Source of the DNA: an uncultured Acidobacteriota bacterium
Lineage (GTDB): Bacteria; Acidobacteriota; JAQAZP01
DNA length: 64,000 nucleotides
Direction of reading: 5' to 3'
Assembly: GCA_963836075.1 (NCBI GenBank)
Contig: CAWIIB010000001.1
Location: 192,001 to 256,000, forward strand
The notes beneath the pieces are model-generated. The model ran no database searches and was not told the DNA's origin. It saw only the letters and a list, made by a program, of their open reading frames with translations. This document shows positions 1 through 9,952 of the stretch, in pieces. Position numbers and translations under genes: made by a program. The number at the start of each line of letters is the position of its first letter. Position 1 is the stretch's first letter.

Positions 1-949
1 CCAGATGGTGCAGAATCCTGGGGTAGAAGGAACGGAAGGCCGCGGGGCTCGGTTCGATCAGTTCGTGGCGGGCGCCGGCATGCCGGGCCACCAGGGCGGC
101 ATAGCCGGATTCGTCATAGGCCGGGCCGTGGGGAAAGCGGCAGCTGAAGACCACTTCCGGCCGGGCCAGGCAGGTGATCAGGCTCGAATCGAGACCGCCG
201 CTGAGAAAAGCGCCCACCGGGACATCGCTGCGCAGCCGGAGGCGCACGGCGTCTTCGATGAGCCAGCGCAGTTCCTCCACGTACTGATCTTCACTGCGCG
301 TCTGGTCCGCTTCCTGCGGCAGTTCCCGGTACCGGCTGCCGCTGAGCTGTTCTCCGTCCCAGGAGAGGGTGTGCCCGGGCTGCAGGGCGAAAATCTCGCT
401 GAACAGGGTGCTGCCGCCGGTGGTGGTTTCGAAGACGAGGAAGTCCTCGTCAAACCGCGGTTGGCATCGCACCTCGGCCAAAATGCTTTTGATTTCCGAA
501 GCAAAAATCAGCCGTTGACCGTCGAGGCAGTAGTAGAGCGGTTTTTCACCCATGCGGTCCCGGGCCAGCCAGAGGCGATGGCCGTCATGCAGGGCGAAGG
601 CGAACATGCCGTTGAACTGCCGCAGGCATTCCTCACCCCACTCCTCGTAAGCGTGGATGATCACTTCGCTGTCGGTGGCGCTGCGGAAGCGGTGTCCCCG
701 TGCTTCCAGGTCCTGCCGCAGTTCCAGATAGTTGAAGATCAGCCCGTTGAACACCAGGGCCAGGGAGCGGTCTTCATTGAAGATCGGCTGGCTGCCGCCG
801 TGGGGGTCGATGACGATCAGGCGGCGGCTGCCCATTTTCACCGGCCCACTCTGGTGGAAGCCCTCCTCGTCCGGCCCGCGGTGCGCCAGCAGTCGGGTCA
901 TCCGCCGGATATCCCCTTCATCGCCCCAGATTCCAGCAATGCCGCACAT
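1..949 (-). CDS. asnB: Asparagine synthase (glutamine-hydrolysing)-like amidotransferase, runs off the left edge
   Basis: Not in the ORF track. Manual reverse translation from the ATG at 949 gives MCGIAGI...HRGPD...QPIFNED...TDSEVIVHAYEEWG...GMFAFA...RDRMGEKPLYY, a class II glutamine amidotransferase. The + ORF 5..1021 is its antisense shadow. Confidence 0.9.
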   Translation of the reverse strand, partial: MCGIAGIWGDEGDIRRMTRLLAHRGPDEEGFHQSGPVKMGSRRLIVIDPHGGSQPIFNEDRSLALVFNGLIFNYLELRQDLEARGHRFRSATDSEVIIHAYEEWGEECLRQFNGMFAFALHDGHRLWLARDRMGEKPLYYCLDGQRLIFASEIKSILAEVRCQPRFDEDFLVFETTTGGSTLFSEIFALQPGHTLSWDGEQLSGSRYRELPQEADQTRSEDQYVEELRWLIEDAVRLRLRSDVPVGAFLSGGLDSSLITCLARPEVVFSCRFPHGPAYDESGYAALVARHAGARHELIEPSPAAFRSFYPRILHHL

Positions 950-962
950 CAACCGGGCCTCT

Positions 963-2318
963 TCAGCTGTGGTCGGTATCGTCAGGTTTGTCCGTCCGTC
1001 CGGCGGTGGCATCGGCGATGACCAGCCCGGCGATCTTGCGGCCGATGGACGCTGATGCGGCCGGACCGCGGTAGCGCCGGCCGTGGGCCGCCTCGGAGGC
1101 GAGGTAGATGCCGGGTATGGGGGTGGAGGAGACCGGGGCGGCCAGTGGCGAACCGGCCACCGGTACGGGCCGGGAGCGGGTGTCCAGGGTCAGCTGGTGG
1201 CTGTTGACCCAGTGGCGGTCGAATTCGGGGTTGATTCTGTTCAGGCCGTCGAGAAACAGGTCAAGGATCTTTTCCTCGGGATAGTCCAGCGCCGGGTCGC
1301 CGCTGGAGTGCATTGCGGTGAGGTGCAGCAGGTTGCGGTTGCCGTATTGTTCCGGATTGACCCACGCCGTGTGCTCCACCAGCTCGGAGAAGGGCAGGTC
1401 CCCGTCGCAGACCAGCAGGCGGTGCAGCTGACCGAAGGGGCGGTCAAGTTCCAGGGTCAGCCGGATCAGCGACTGGAAGGGAAGGACTTCCAGCCTTTCG
1501 AAGAACGATTCGGGAAGACCGGGAGACAGGGCACGGATATGGTCCGGGCGCTGGGTGAGGACCACCGCGCTGGTGTCCACCACCTGCCCCTCGATGAAGA
1601 CTCCCATCAGGCCGGCGGAGGAGGTGAGCACTTCCTGGACCTGCCGGCCGTACAGCACACGGCCTCCCTGTTCTTCGATCCGCCGTTGCAGCCGTTCAGC
1701 CAGGACCCGCAGACCACCGGCGAGATAGGCCGATGTGCCGTCGCCGGACGTGCGGGGCTCTGTGATCCGCGCCAGGCGCCGGGCCATCCAGGCGGCCGAT
1801 ACCCGGGCCGCCTTCTTGCCCCAGAAACCGTGGAGCACGGGGTTCCAGAGGGCGGCCGTGGCATCCTTGCCGCACCGCTTCTCCAGCCAGCGTTCCGCCG
1901 GCAGGTCTTCGGATGCGGCTGCCGGGTCGTCGCGCAGCAGGCGGGACCACTGGCGAATGAGGCGGATGCGCCGAACCAGGCCCAGCGCACTGAATCCCAG
2001 CAGGCTGCGCGGGCGGTCCAGCATCTGGATACCGCCGTTGATGAAGAGGCCAAAGCTGTCGGGATGCCATTCCAGCAAGGTCCGGGCATCCAGCTGGTCA
2101 AGCAGCTCCAGCAGGTCGGTGTCGCTGTTCAGCACAGGGTCGAACTCCGGTTCCACCACTATTCCGCCAAAGGGGATCAGCCCCTCGGCCCCGGCAAAAT
2201 CCTCCGCCGATTCGTAGACGGTTACCGGTATTCCCGCACTGGCCACATGGTAGCCGGTCACCAGACCGGTGAGCCCGGCGCCGACGATCACGGCGTGGTT
2301 CTGTTCAGCTCCGGCCAT
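963..2318 (-). CDS. FAD-dependent oxidoreductase (amine oxidase/HemY-like fold), polysaccharide-locus type
   Basis: N-terminal VIVGAGLTGL Rossmann motif and C-terminal IPGIYLA; lies in a glycosylation locus; GGAG RBS upstream. Alternative start at 2327. Confidence 0.7.
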   Translation of the reverse strand: MAGAEQNHAVIVGAGLTGLVTGYHVASAGIPVTVYESAEDFAGAEGLIPFGGIVVEPEFDPVLNSDTDLLELLDQLDARTLLEWHPDSFGLFINGGIQMLDRPRSLLGFSALGLVRRIRLIRQWSRLLRDDPAAASEDLPAERWLEKRCGKDATAALWNPVLHGFWGKKAARVSAAWMARRLARITEPRTSGDGTSAYLAGGLRVLAERLQRRIEEQGGRVLYGRQVQEVLTSSAGLMGVFIEGQVVDTSAVVLTQRPDHIRALSPGLPESFFERLEVLPFQSLIRLTLELDRPFGQLHRLLVCDGDLPFSELVEHTAWVNPEQYGNRNLLHLTAMHSSGDPALDYPEEKILDLFLDGLNRINPEFDRHWVNSHQLTLDTRSRPVPVAGSPLAAPVSSTPIPGIYLASEAAHGRRYRGPAASASIGRKIAGLVIADATAGRTDKPDDTDHS

Positions 2319-2368
2319 CGGTTTCACTCCTGCCTCAAGTGGTTCCTGGGTTCCTGTTCCGGGGACTC

Positions 2369-2713
2369 TCAGTGATAATCGTGGGTGCCGAGGATCACCG
2401 GGAGTCCGAGTTTGGCTTCGAGCATGGCGGCCAGCTCCGCCGGTTCAAAATAGGGGCAGCCGGGTTTGGCGTTGGCCAGGCAGGAGGAGAGGTGCACCAC
2501 GTCAGGGTTGGTCTGCGACAGCTTGACCATCATTCCGGCGTTGGCGGCCGTGCTTCTCCCGGGGCAGACGCACTTCAGGAAGCCCACCACCTGGTGGGTC
2601 TGGGAGAATGTCCCTTCGCCCAGTGCTGCCGCCTTGAGACAGCGCCACTCTCCGGGACAACCGTAGCCGTTGTCCATGTATGCCCCGCACCCCACGATCA
2701 ATGCCCTTGTCAT
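2369..2713 (-). CDS. CGGC domain-containing small Cys-rich protein
   Basis: IVGC...CPGEWRCLKA...FLKCVCPGR...VVHLSSC...CPY...VILGTH pattern; GGAGGAG RBS before the ATG at 2713. Confidence 0.75.
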   Translation of the reverse strand: MTRALIVGCGAYMDNGYGCPGEWRCLKAAALGEGTFSQTHQVVGFLKCVCPGRSTAANAGMMVKLSQTNPDVVHLSSCLANAKPGCPYFEPAELAAMLEAKLGLPVILGTHDYH

Positions 2714-2801
2714 CGTCTCCTCCAGGCCGCCATCCCACCGCACCGCGGACCCGGGGGACGGATGGTCTCGTCAAGGTGCCCGGGTGTCCGCGGTGACGCG
2801 A

Positions 2802-4298
2802 TCAGCGACGGGATCTGAACTGCGCACCATAACCGGTGATCTCTTCCCACGTGAGTTCGCCAAGGAAAAACAGGCCGACCAAGTATACCAGACCCTGCGC
2901 CGCGTATGCCAGGATCAGCAACCAGCCGTCCTGGGGCAGAAGCGGGCTCAGGGCCACGGCCGGCACGGCGGCCAGCAGTATCCGCAGCGGGGGCAGCACC
3001 AGCTGGCGAACGCCGAAAAACCGGGAGAGACAGGCCTGGCCCGCAAGAAAAGCGGCGCCACCGGTGAGCAGGGTGGAGAGCGCGGCCCCGGAGAGCCCAA
3101 GCAGGGGAATCAGCCGGCCGGTCAGGGCGATCTGGGCCGTCAGCAGAGCCAGGTTGATGACGATCACCAGGCCCAAACGGCCGTCGGCGCTGAGGGCGGC
3201 GCCGGAGATCAGTCCGAAGGAGAGCAGGGTGTAGCCGGCGATGAGGACGGCGAGCAGCGGACCCGAGTGGTGTGGAGAATAGGCCTCGGAAAAGGTGAGG
3301 CGCATCAGGCCGCTGGCGCTGGTTGCGCAGAAGAAGACCAGAGGAACAGCCACCAGCAGGAAGAGCCTGGAGGCCTCTTGCAGCTGGAGGCGGGCCCTTG
3401 ACCCGTCACCGGCGGCCAGGACCCTGGACAGTCCGGGGAAGATGACCACCGACAGCCCCATGAAGATGAAGTAGGGTGTGCGGGCCATGTTCCAGACGGC
3501 GGTGTACAGCCCCACTTCGCCGTCCTCGGAAACCAGCCGTTCCACCATCCAGAGGTCGACGCTGATCAGGGCATTATAGAGCAGCACTCCGCCAACCAGG
3601 GGCAACGCATAGGAGACCAGGGATCGTGCCGGGTATGACCCGGTTGGGGGAAGGCGGCCACAGTCCCGGGAGACCAGTACGCGGGCCAGAACCAGGGCGG
3701 CCAGCGACCCGGCGGCATTGCCGATCAAAGCCCCTTCCAGGGAAAAGCCGAACAGGACCAGGGCGGTGGAGGAGAGCACTTTCGCCGCGGCGTAAAACCC
3801 GATACACCAGGACTGGCGGGCAAATCCCCGCACGCCGCGGAGGTAGCCGAGGTGGATGCTGAACATGGCGTAGAGCGGTATGTCCAGCGCGGCCAGCCGG
3901 AAAGCTCCAGCCAGTGACGGGTTGTGGAAAAGTCCGGCGGAGAACCTGGGAGCCAGGAGCCAGAAGAGGACAAAGAGCGCCGCGGCGAAAAGTGCCTCAA
4001 GCAGGAGCCCGGAGCGGAACACCGCACGTCTCCGTCCACCGTCGGTGGCGATGGCCCGGGCCACGGCGTCGGGGATCCCGGTGATCACCAGGAATTCGGC
4101 CCAGGCCAGAAATGAGATGATCACGCCATAGCGGCCGAAGACCGTGGGCCCCAGCTGCCGGGCCAGGAAGAGGGTCAGGGCGAAACCGAGGGCGGCGGCC
4201 GCCAGCTGGGCCGACACCGAATAGACAGTGCCCCGGGCCAGGCGGTCGCCGCTGGAGCCCGGAATCCCGGACGCTGGCGACCCGCGGTTCAACTGCAC
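2802..4298 (-). CDS. Wzx-type oligosaccharide flippase (MOP superfamily)
   Basis: Many TM helices; LARQLGPTVFGRY and EVGLY motifs; next to a glycosyltransferase. Confidence 0.85.
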   Translation of the reverse strand: MQLNRGSPASGIPGSSGDRLARGTVYSVSAQLAAAALGFALTLFLARQLGPTVFGRYGVIISFLAWAEFLVITGIPDAVARAIATDGGRRRAVFRSGLLLEALFAAALFVLFWLLAPRFSAGLFHNPSLAGAFRLAALDIPLYAMFSIHLGYLRGVRGFARQSWCIGFYAAAKVLSSTALVLFGFSLEGALIGNAAGSLAALVLARVLVSRDCGRLPPTGSYPARSLVSYALPLVGGVLLYNALISVDLWMVERLVSEDGEVGLYTAVWNMARTPYFIFMGLSVVIFPGLSRVLAAGDGSRARLQLQEASRLFLLVAVPLVFFCATSASGLMRLTFSEAYSPHHSGPLLAVLIAGYTLLSFGLISGAALSADGRLGLVIVINLALLTAQIALTGRLIPLLGLSGAALSTLLTGGAAFLAGQACLSRFFGVRQLVLPPLRILLAAVPAVALSPLLPQDGWLLILAYAAQGLVYLVGLFFLGELTWEEITGYGAQFRSRR

Positions 4299-5440
4299 CC
4301 CTCCCCGACAGGGGCGATCAACGTCTGGAAGTGCGAAAGGAGGCTCTTGCCGATAAGTTCCTGGGTGCAGCTGTGCCGAAATGTGTCCAGCGCGCCATGG
4401 GCGATGTGATCCAGCAGGGCGGGGTCGTCGTGGAGCCTGATGATCGCCCGGGCCAGGCTCTGCGGGTCTCCGGTAGGGCAGAGCAGCGCGTTGGTCTCGT
4501 GGACCAGCAGTTCGCGGGCCGCCGGGGTGTCGCCGGTGATCACCGGCATGCCCATGGCCAGCGCGTCAAAAACCTTGACCGGAATTCCACGATCGGTTTT
4601 CCGGGTGGTGCCGAAGATGCCCAGGCAGACGTCGGCCCGCCCGATATGCCCGGGGAGATCCTCATAGGCCACCCAGGGAATGAACTCGGTGTTGGTCAGG
4701 CCCAGTTCTCCGCTCAGCCGCTGCACCTCGGTGGTCAGTTGTCCCGACCCGACGATTTCGAACATGATCCGCGGATTCCGCCGCTGAACCTCCGCGGCGG
4801 CCCTGACGATCACCGGGACCCCCTGGAGCGGGGTGAACTTGCCGTAAAAAAAAACGCGGAACGGGCGTTCGCCAGCGGTTCGGGGACGGGGGCTGAAGGT
4901 GGCTTCGTCGGCGCCCAGCCGGACGGTGGCAAAGCGCCCGGCCGGGATACCGAATTCGCTGGAAAAGAACTTCACATAGGTGGAGGTTTCCAGGACGATC
5001 AGCTGCGCCAGACGCAGCGCCAGCTTGTCCAGGTGCCAGGCCAGGCGGCCGCGGAAGGAACGGCCGGAGAACATCCTGCGGTCGGTGACCACCGTCTCGT
5101 AAAGCGAAACCACCGGACTGTAGACCAGCGGACGGCGGCGCAGCCGGGCCAGCGGAGCGGCCAGCAGCATGTCGAGGTAGCCCATGTAGCCCACCACCAT
5201 TACGTCGTATTCCACGTGGCGGTGGCGGAGCAGCAGCCGCCAGTAGGCGCGCAGGACGCGCAGTGCCGTGCGGAACAGGGCCAGCGGGCTGGTGAAGGAG
5301 GAGCCGGTCTTGTCCCGGGTCAGTTCCCAGAGCGGTTCGTGGCACTCCTCCACGGTGGCGCCGGCCTGCCGCAGGCCGGCGATGAGGGTGGTGTTGCGAG
5401 GAAAGAGACGTTCGTACGTTCCAAAACAGAGGACCCGCAT
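4289..5440 (-). CDS. Glycosyltransferase family 4 (GT-B)
   Basis: FFYGKFTPLQG, ADVCLGIFG...PVKVFDALAMGMPVITGD motifs. Confidence 0.9.
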   Translation of the reverse strand: MRVLCFGTYERLFPRNTTLIAGLRQAGATVEECHEPLWELTRDKTGSSFTSPLALFRTALRVLRAYWRLLLRHRHVEYDVMVVGYMGYLDMLLAAPLARLRRRPLVYSPVVSLYETVVTDRRMFSGRSFRGRLAWHLDKLALRLAQLIVLETSTYVKFFSSEFGIPAGRFATVRLGADEATFSPRPRTAGERPFRVFFYGKFTPLQGVPVIVRAAAEVQRRNPRIMFEIVGSGQLTTEVQRLSGELGLTNTEFIPWVAYEDLPGHIGRADVCLGIFGTTRKTDRGIPVKVFDALAMGMPVITGDTPAARELLVHETNALLCPTGDPQSLARAIIRLHDDPALLDHIAHGALDTFRHSCTQELIGKSLLSHFQTLIAPVGEGCS

Positions 5441-5456
5441 GTGCTGCCCCCGGTGG

Positions 5457-6791
5457 TCAGGCCGGTTCGCCGTTCAGCAGGTCGGCCACGGTCAGACCGC
5501 TGTCGATGGTGCGGTCCATGTTCAGATACTCCCAGCGGCCAAAACGACCGCATGGCTCCACTCCGTGCTCTCTGAGGAAACGGTAGATCACTTCGAGGTG
5601 CGCTTCCCGCTGGAGATCATAGATGATGTAGGCGTAGCGCATGTCCATCACGTGACTGGTGACCACGTTGTCCGCCTGCCGGAGGATGCCGGCCTCCTTG
5701 AGCGCCTGCACCGTCTGTTCCACGATGGTCTCCTTGTCCAGCGGCCGCCAGTCCGAATAGGCCACCTCGGTGGAGATACTGCTCATCCCCGCCGGTGTGG
5801 TTTCCGGGGAGAGATTCATGGGGAAGCTGATCCGATGGAAGGGGAAACGGTCCTCGTAGAAGTAGATCCAGTGTTTGTCTGAGATGGCGGGCCGGTCGAT
5901 GCCCAGATTGACGCAGACTATGGAGTTGTGCTTCAACCCGCCGATGGCCGCGCGAACGTCGTCGGGGACCTGGTCCACCAGCGACGTCAGTTCGGGCAGG
6001 GGCAGGGTGTAGACCAGCCGGTGGTATCCGGACGAACTGCCGTCGGCGAAATGAACCCGCCGGCCCGCGAGGTCGATCTGTACCGCCCGCATGCCGGTTT
6101 GCAGCCGGTGCTGTACCGCGGGCAGGAAGGCTCGGGGCAGCGACTCGATTCCACCCTCCCGGGGGTACCAGAAGTCGGGATTGAAGCCGAAACGGTCTTC
6201 CACGTCGGCAAGGGCGCCCCCGATGATCTGCTCCATTTCGGGTACCGGAACACGGTCCCCGATCCAGGTGTAGCTCATCTGGTCAGGGTCCACCGTCCAG
6301 AGTTTGACGGCATAGGGCCCCATCAGGTGCCGGGTGATGCCGCTGCCGAAGGAACTCTCCAGCCACTGCCGGTAATTGGCCGGCGGCGGGGCATTTTCAC
6401 CCTGGGACCGGGCCTCGATGTAGGCCTGTACAGCGCCCAGCAGGCACTCCCGGACCACGTCGGGATCCAGCCCGTGCAGGTGATGCTGGAAGGGGAAGCG
6501 GGTGAACACATTCTGTGAGTGATGGTAGATCCAGGCTTCCCGGCTGCGCTCCACGAGGTTGCCGGCGAGAAGTTCCTGAATCAGTTTTTTAGCCCGCTCC
6601 ACCTTGGGAAAGAGAATGTGCGGGCCATGGTCGAATACGAACCCGTCCCGGGACACGGAGCGGGCCACGCCGCCCGCCCGCTCGGCCGCTTCGAAGATAG
6701 TGAAATCGTCCCTCTCCCGCAGGCCGTAACCGGTGGCCAGACCGGCCAGTCCGGCACCGAGAACAACGATTCGCGGTTCTGTTTCTGACAC
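5457..6791 (-). CDS. FAD-dependent oxidoreductase, UDP-galactopyranose mutase-like
   Basis: GAGLAGL, GGVARS...GFVFDHGPHILF, FWYP..GG, GRFGRWEYLNMD motifs; probable GTG start at 6791. Confidence 0.75.
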   Translation of the reverse strand: MSETEPRIVVLGAGLAGLATGYGLRERDDFTIFEAAERAGGVARSVSRDGFVFDHGPHILFPKVERAKKLIQELLAGNLVERSREAWIYHHSQNVFTRFPFQHHLHGLDPDVVRECLLGAVQAYIEARSQGENAPPPANYRQWLESSFGSGITRHLMGPYAVKLWTVDPDQMSYTWIGDRVPVPEMEQIIGGALADVEDRFGFNPDFWYPREGGIESLPRAFLPAVQHRLQTGMRAVQIDLAGRRVHFADGSSSGYHRLVYTLPLPELTSLVDQVPDDVRAAIGGLKHNSIVCVNLGIDRPAISDKHWIYFYEDRFPFHRISFPMNLSPETTPAGMSSISTEVAYSDWRPLDKETIVEQTVQALKEAGILRQADNVVTSHVMDMRYAYIIYDLQREAHLEVIYRFLREHGVEPCGRFGRWEYLNMDRTIDSGLTVADLLNGEPA

Positions 6792-6872
6792 GTTGATCCC
6801 TCTATCATGGAATGGGCCGGATCCAACACCCGGCCCGGTGATCAGCACTGTGACGAGGCCCGCCGCGGCGGA

Positions 6873-7829
6873 TCAGGTCGCGTTTCCTTTAAACCACTCC
6901 ACGAACAGCGGTATTCCCCGCTCCACGGGTACGGAGGGGCAGTAGCCAAGTTCCTCCCGGGACCTCGTCAGGTCGGCATAGGTGCGCTGGACATCGCCCG
7001 GTTGCATCGGCTGGTAGTCGAGGATCGCTGTGGCGCCCATGCTCTCTTCAAGCAGGGTGATCAGGCGGCTCAGGGTGGTGGTCTGCGACTCGCCGAGGTT
7101 GAAAATCCGGTAGCCGCTGCAGCGCTCGATGGCCCTGGTCACGCCGTCGATGATGTCGTCGATATAGGTGTAGTCGCGGTCCGAGCCGCCGTCTCCGAAG
7201 ACCGGGAGCTGCTGCCCGTCGCGAATCAGCCGGGCGAACTTGTGAATCGCCATTTCCGGCCGCTGTCGGGGGCCGTAGACAGTGAAGAAGCGCAGGCAGG
7301 AAATGGGCAGTCCGAACAGGTGGTGGTAGGTGTGGCAGAGCAGTTCACCCGCTTTCTTGGTCGCGGCATAGGGCGAAATGGGATGGTCCACCGGGTCGTC
7401 TTCGGCAAAGGGAATCTTGCGGTTGTTGCCGTACACCGAAGACGAGGAGGCATAGATCAACTTCTGCACTCCGTGGCGGCGGCACATCTCCAGAATATTG
7501 GCCGTCCCGTTCATGTTGACCTCCTGATAGACCAGGGGGTCTTCGATGGACGGCCGCACACCGGCCTTGGCCGCCAGGTGGACCACCACCTCGGGCGCCC
7601 GGTCTCCCTGAAAAATGCTCTGCAGCAGGCTCAGGTCGCGGATGTCACCTTCCACCAGCCGGTAGTTGTCCCTGCCGGCCACTGCGGAGATATTGCCGCG
7701 TTTGATCTGCGGGTCGTAGAACGGGTCGAAGTTGTCGAGGCAGGTAACCCGGTGCCCATCCTGCACCAGCCTGTCACACAGGTGGGAGCCGATGAATCCG
7801 GCACCGCCGGTGATCAGAACTTTCTGCAC
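6873..7829 (-). CDS. NAD-dependent epimerase/dehydratase (UDP-glucuronate 4-epimerase-like)
   Basis: TGGAGFIG, HLAAKAGVRPS, YAATK catalytic motif, RFFTVYGPRQRPEMA. Confidence 0.9.
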   Translation of the reverse strand: MQKVLITGGAGFIGSHLCDRLVQDGHRVTCLDNFDPFYDPQIKRGNISAVAGRDNYRLVEGDIRDLSLLQSIFQGDRAPEVVVHLAAKAGVRPSIEDPLVYQEVNMNGTANILEMCRRHGVQKLIYASSSSVYGNNRKIPFAEDDPVDHPISPYAATKKAGELLCHTYHHLFGLPISCLRFFTVYGPRQRPEMAIHKFARLIRDGQQLPVFGDGGSDRDYTYIDDIIDGVTRAIERCSGYRIFNLGESQTTTLSRLITLLEESMGATAILDYQPMQPGDVQRTYADLTRSREELGYCPSVPVERGIPLFVEWFKGNAT

Positions 7830-7846
7830 GTGTGCCCCTCCCGTGT

Positions 7847-9091
7847 CTAGAATGTTTCGCCGAAATACGCCGCCAGCCGGGCCAGGTCCTCGCCGTCAAC
7901 CACCAGGTCCCCGTTGAGGTCGGCGGCCTCGAGATAGCGTTCTTCCCACGAGGCACTGCCAAACGCGAACGCCAGCAGCGAGAGGTCGATACCGTCGATG
8001 CGGCCGGAGGAGTCGATGTCGCCGTAGGATTGGCCGTCACCGGCCGACACCCGGAAGGACCAGGCGTAGGACTCGAGGACATTGGGCGGGGAGGCCAGAT
8101 CCTCAGCGCTGATCACCACCTCGATGGTCGATCCGGCAGTGAAGGGTATCTCAGGAGTATACGTGATTTCAAGGGAATCGAGTGTCCCGGAGACCTGGAA
8201 GCCGCCGGGGGGCACGGCCACTCCGGCCACCGTGAGCTGGATGCTCAGGGTGTTCACGCCGCTGCCCAGATCGTTGAGCCTGATGAGGATGTCGCTCTCC
8301 GGAGGCACGCCGCTGTCGCCGTCTCCCGGAGAACTGTCGGCCACCCACGGTGCGGCATAATCGCCGGGCAGTGGCGGCTGTCCGCCCCGTTCGAGCAGGC
8401 CGGCGTACCAGCTCTGGGCCATCAGCTGGTATCCGCCCTGGCCCGGGTGCAGGTTGTCGGAATACCAGCAGCAGATGTCGTACTGCACGCCGTCGACCCA
8501 GAATTCCGGATCGCCGGGGCCGCAGTCCAGCGGTTCGCAGGGGTTGTTCAGAAAGGTGTTGAAGTGGTCGGCCAGACCGGCACCCTCGGTTTCCAGGACC
8601 AGTTCGAGGATCAGGCTGTTCAGGTAGAGCGCCGCCCGGTTGTAAGAGTCGACCTCGTGGGCCCCCCGGGGGATCACCGTGCCCAGTATCGGGATGCTGC
8701 CCACGGTGCGGGCGGCGTCGATCATCGCCTCCAGGGCGTCGATGGTATCGCTGCGCGGCACCCCCTGGCTGATGTCGTTGGTCCCGAAGAGGATCAGTAC
8801 GTACTGGGGCATCACCATTAGCAGGTCCGCGCGGTAGGACTCCAGCCCCTGCTCAGCGGTGGCGCCGCCGATCCCGCGGTTGACGATCTGCGATTCGCTG
8901 ATCTCCAGCATGTCGGCAAGGTAGGGCAGGTAGCCGCGGCTCCACCAGGTGTCCTCGTCGTAGCCCTGGGTGATGGAATCCCCCACGGCGAGGTAGATGC
9001 CGGGGTTGATGCCATCGGCCGTGGCAACTGCTCCCGGGGTGCAGGCCAGGATGGCCAGCAGGGCCGCTACCTGACAAACGCTATTCTTCAT
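7847..9091 (-). CDS. Secreted SGNH/GDSL hydrolase with Ig-like domain and C-terminal dockerin-like repeat
   Basis: Signal peptide; GDSIT, NRGIGG, GTND, DNLHP blocks; twin GDIDSSGRIDGIDL / ADLNGDLVVDGEDL Ca-binding loops. Confidence 0.8.
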   Translation of the reverse strand: MKNSVCQVAALLAILACTPGAVATADGINPGIYLAVGDSITQGYDEDTWWSRGYLPYLADMLEISESQIVNRGIGGATAEQGLESYRADLLMVMPQYVLILFGTNDISQGVPRSDTIDALEAMIDAARTVGSIPILGTVIPRGAHEVDSYNRAALYLNSLILELVLETEGAGLADHFNTFLNNPCEPLDCGPGDPEFWVDGVQYDICCWYSDNLHPGQGGYQLMAQSWYAGLLERGGQPPLPGDYAAPWVADSSPGDGDSGVPPESDILIRLNDLGSGVNTLSIQLTVAGVAVPPGGFQVSGTLDSLEITYTPEIPFTAGSTIEVVISAEDLASPPNVLESYAWSFRVSAGDGQSYGDIDSSGRIDGIDLSLLAFAFGSASWEERYLEAADLNGDLVVDGEDLARLAAYFGETF

Positions 9092-9848
9092 CGTTCCCTC
9101 CGTCCTTTCTGGACCTTTCGGAGATCACCACGCCCTCGGGGAAGTCGATGGTAAACGCTCCCTCGGGCAGGTCGCCGTTGACCACCACGTCCTCCAGCCG
9201 GAACAGGGTGGTGTCACCGCTCTTCTCCCGGATGAAATACTGCACTGGTGCGTGGTCGGAGGCACGGACCCAGAGATCGATGAAATCGATTCGCTTCTTG
9301 AGCTGCCGGCGACGCGGAACGAGGTGCAGGCGCTGTGTCGACCCGGCGGGTTGGGGAGCGGAATCCGGGGAGGCCACGGCGGAACCCGCATCGATGGTGA
9401 AATTCTTCTTCAATTGATCGATTCCGTCCTTGCCGATCAGGTGGTCGAAAACCCGTTTCTTCTGCTTGCGGACATCGAACCGTTCCGCCTCCTGGAGGTC
9501 GGGGTAGTAGGTGACCAGGGTGTCGCCCTCCAGCAGCAGGATCACCCGGTTCGGCATATCGTAGTCCAGGCGCATCACGTCCGGCTGGCTATAACCGAAA
9601 CGGCCGGAGGACTGCTCAGGGTCCTTGAACAGGGCCATGGTCTTGGTCTGGGTGAACCGGCCCTGGAGCGTGGTCGTCTGTTGCTGGCTGGCCAGGATCT
9701 GTTCCAGCAGGCTGAGCACCTCGGGCGAAGGCTCGGCATCGTCGCCGGCCAGAACCGGGGCCGAACAGCAGAAAAATACGGCGCTGAGCAAGAGCAGCGC
9801 CAGCGGCGGCCAAGATCTACCGCGGCATGTGGTGAAAGTGTACTGCAC
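9081..9848 (-). CDS. lolA: LolA-family outer membrane lipoprotein carrier
   Basis: Signal peptide; GRFTQ...SSGRF...PDVMRLDY...; C-terminal FTIDFPEGV. Confidence 0.75.
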   Translation of the reverse strand: MQYTFTTCRGRSWPPLALLLLSAVFFCCSAPVLAGDDAEPSPEVLSLLEQILASQQQTTTLQGRFTQTKTMALFKDPEQSSGRFGYSQPDVMRLDYDMPNRVILLLEGDTLVTYYPDLQEAERFDVRKQKKRVFDHLIGKDGIDQLKKNFTIDAGSAVASPDSAPQPAGSTQRLHLVPRRRQLKKRIDFIDLWVRASDHAPVQYFIREKSGDTTLFRLEDVVVNGDLPEGAFTIDFPEGVVISERSRKDGGNDEE

Positions 9849-9952
9849 GTATCTTCCTCCCCGGGGTGCCTTTCCGTGTCGGACCCCAACTGCGCCGCCG
9901 GTAACCGGTCGAGTCAGTGGACGTCGGTGCTGGGTGGCAGTGGGGCAAGCCC

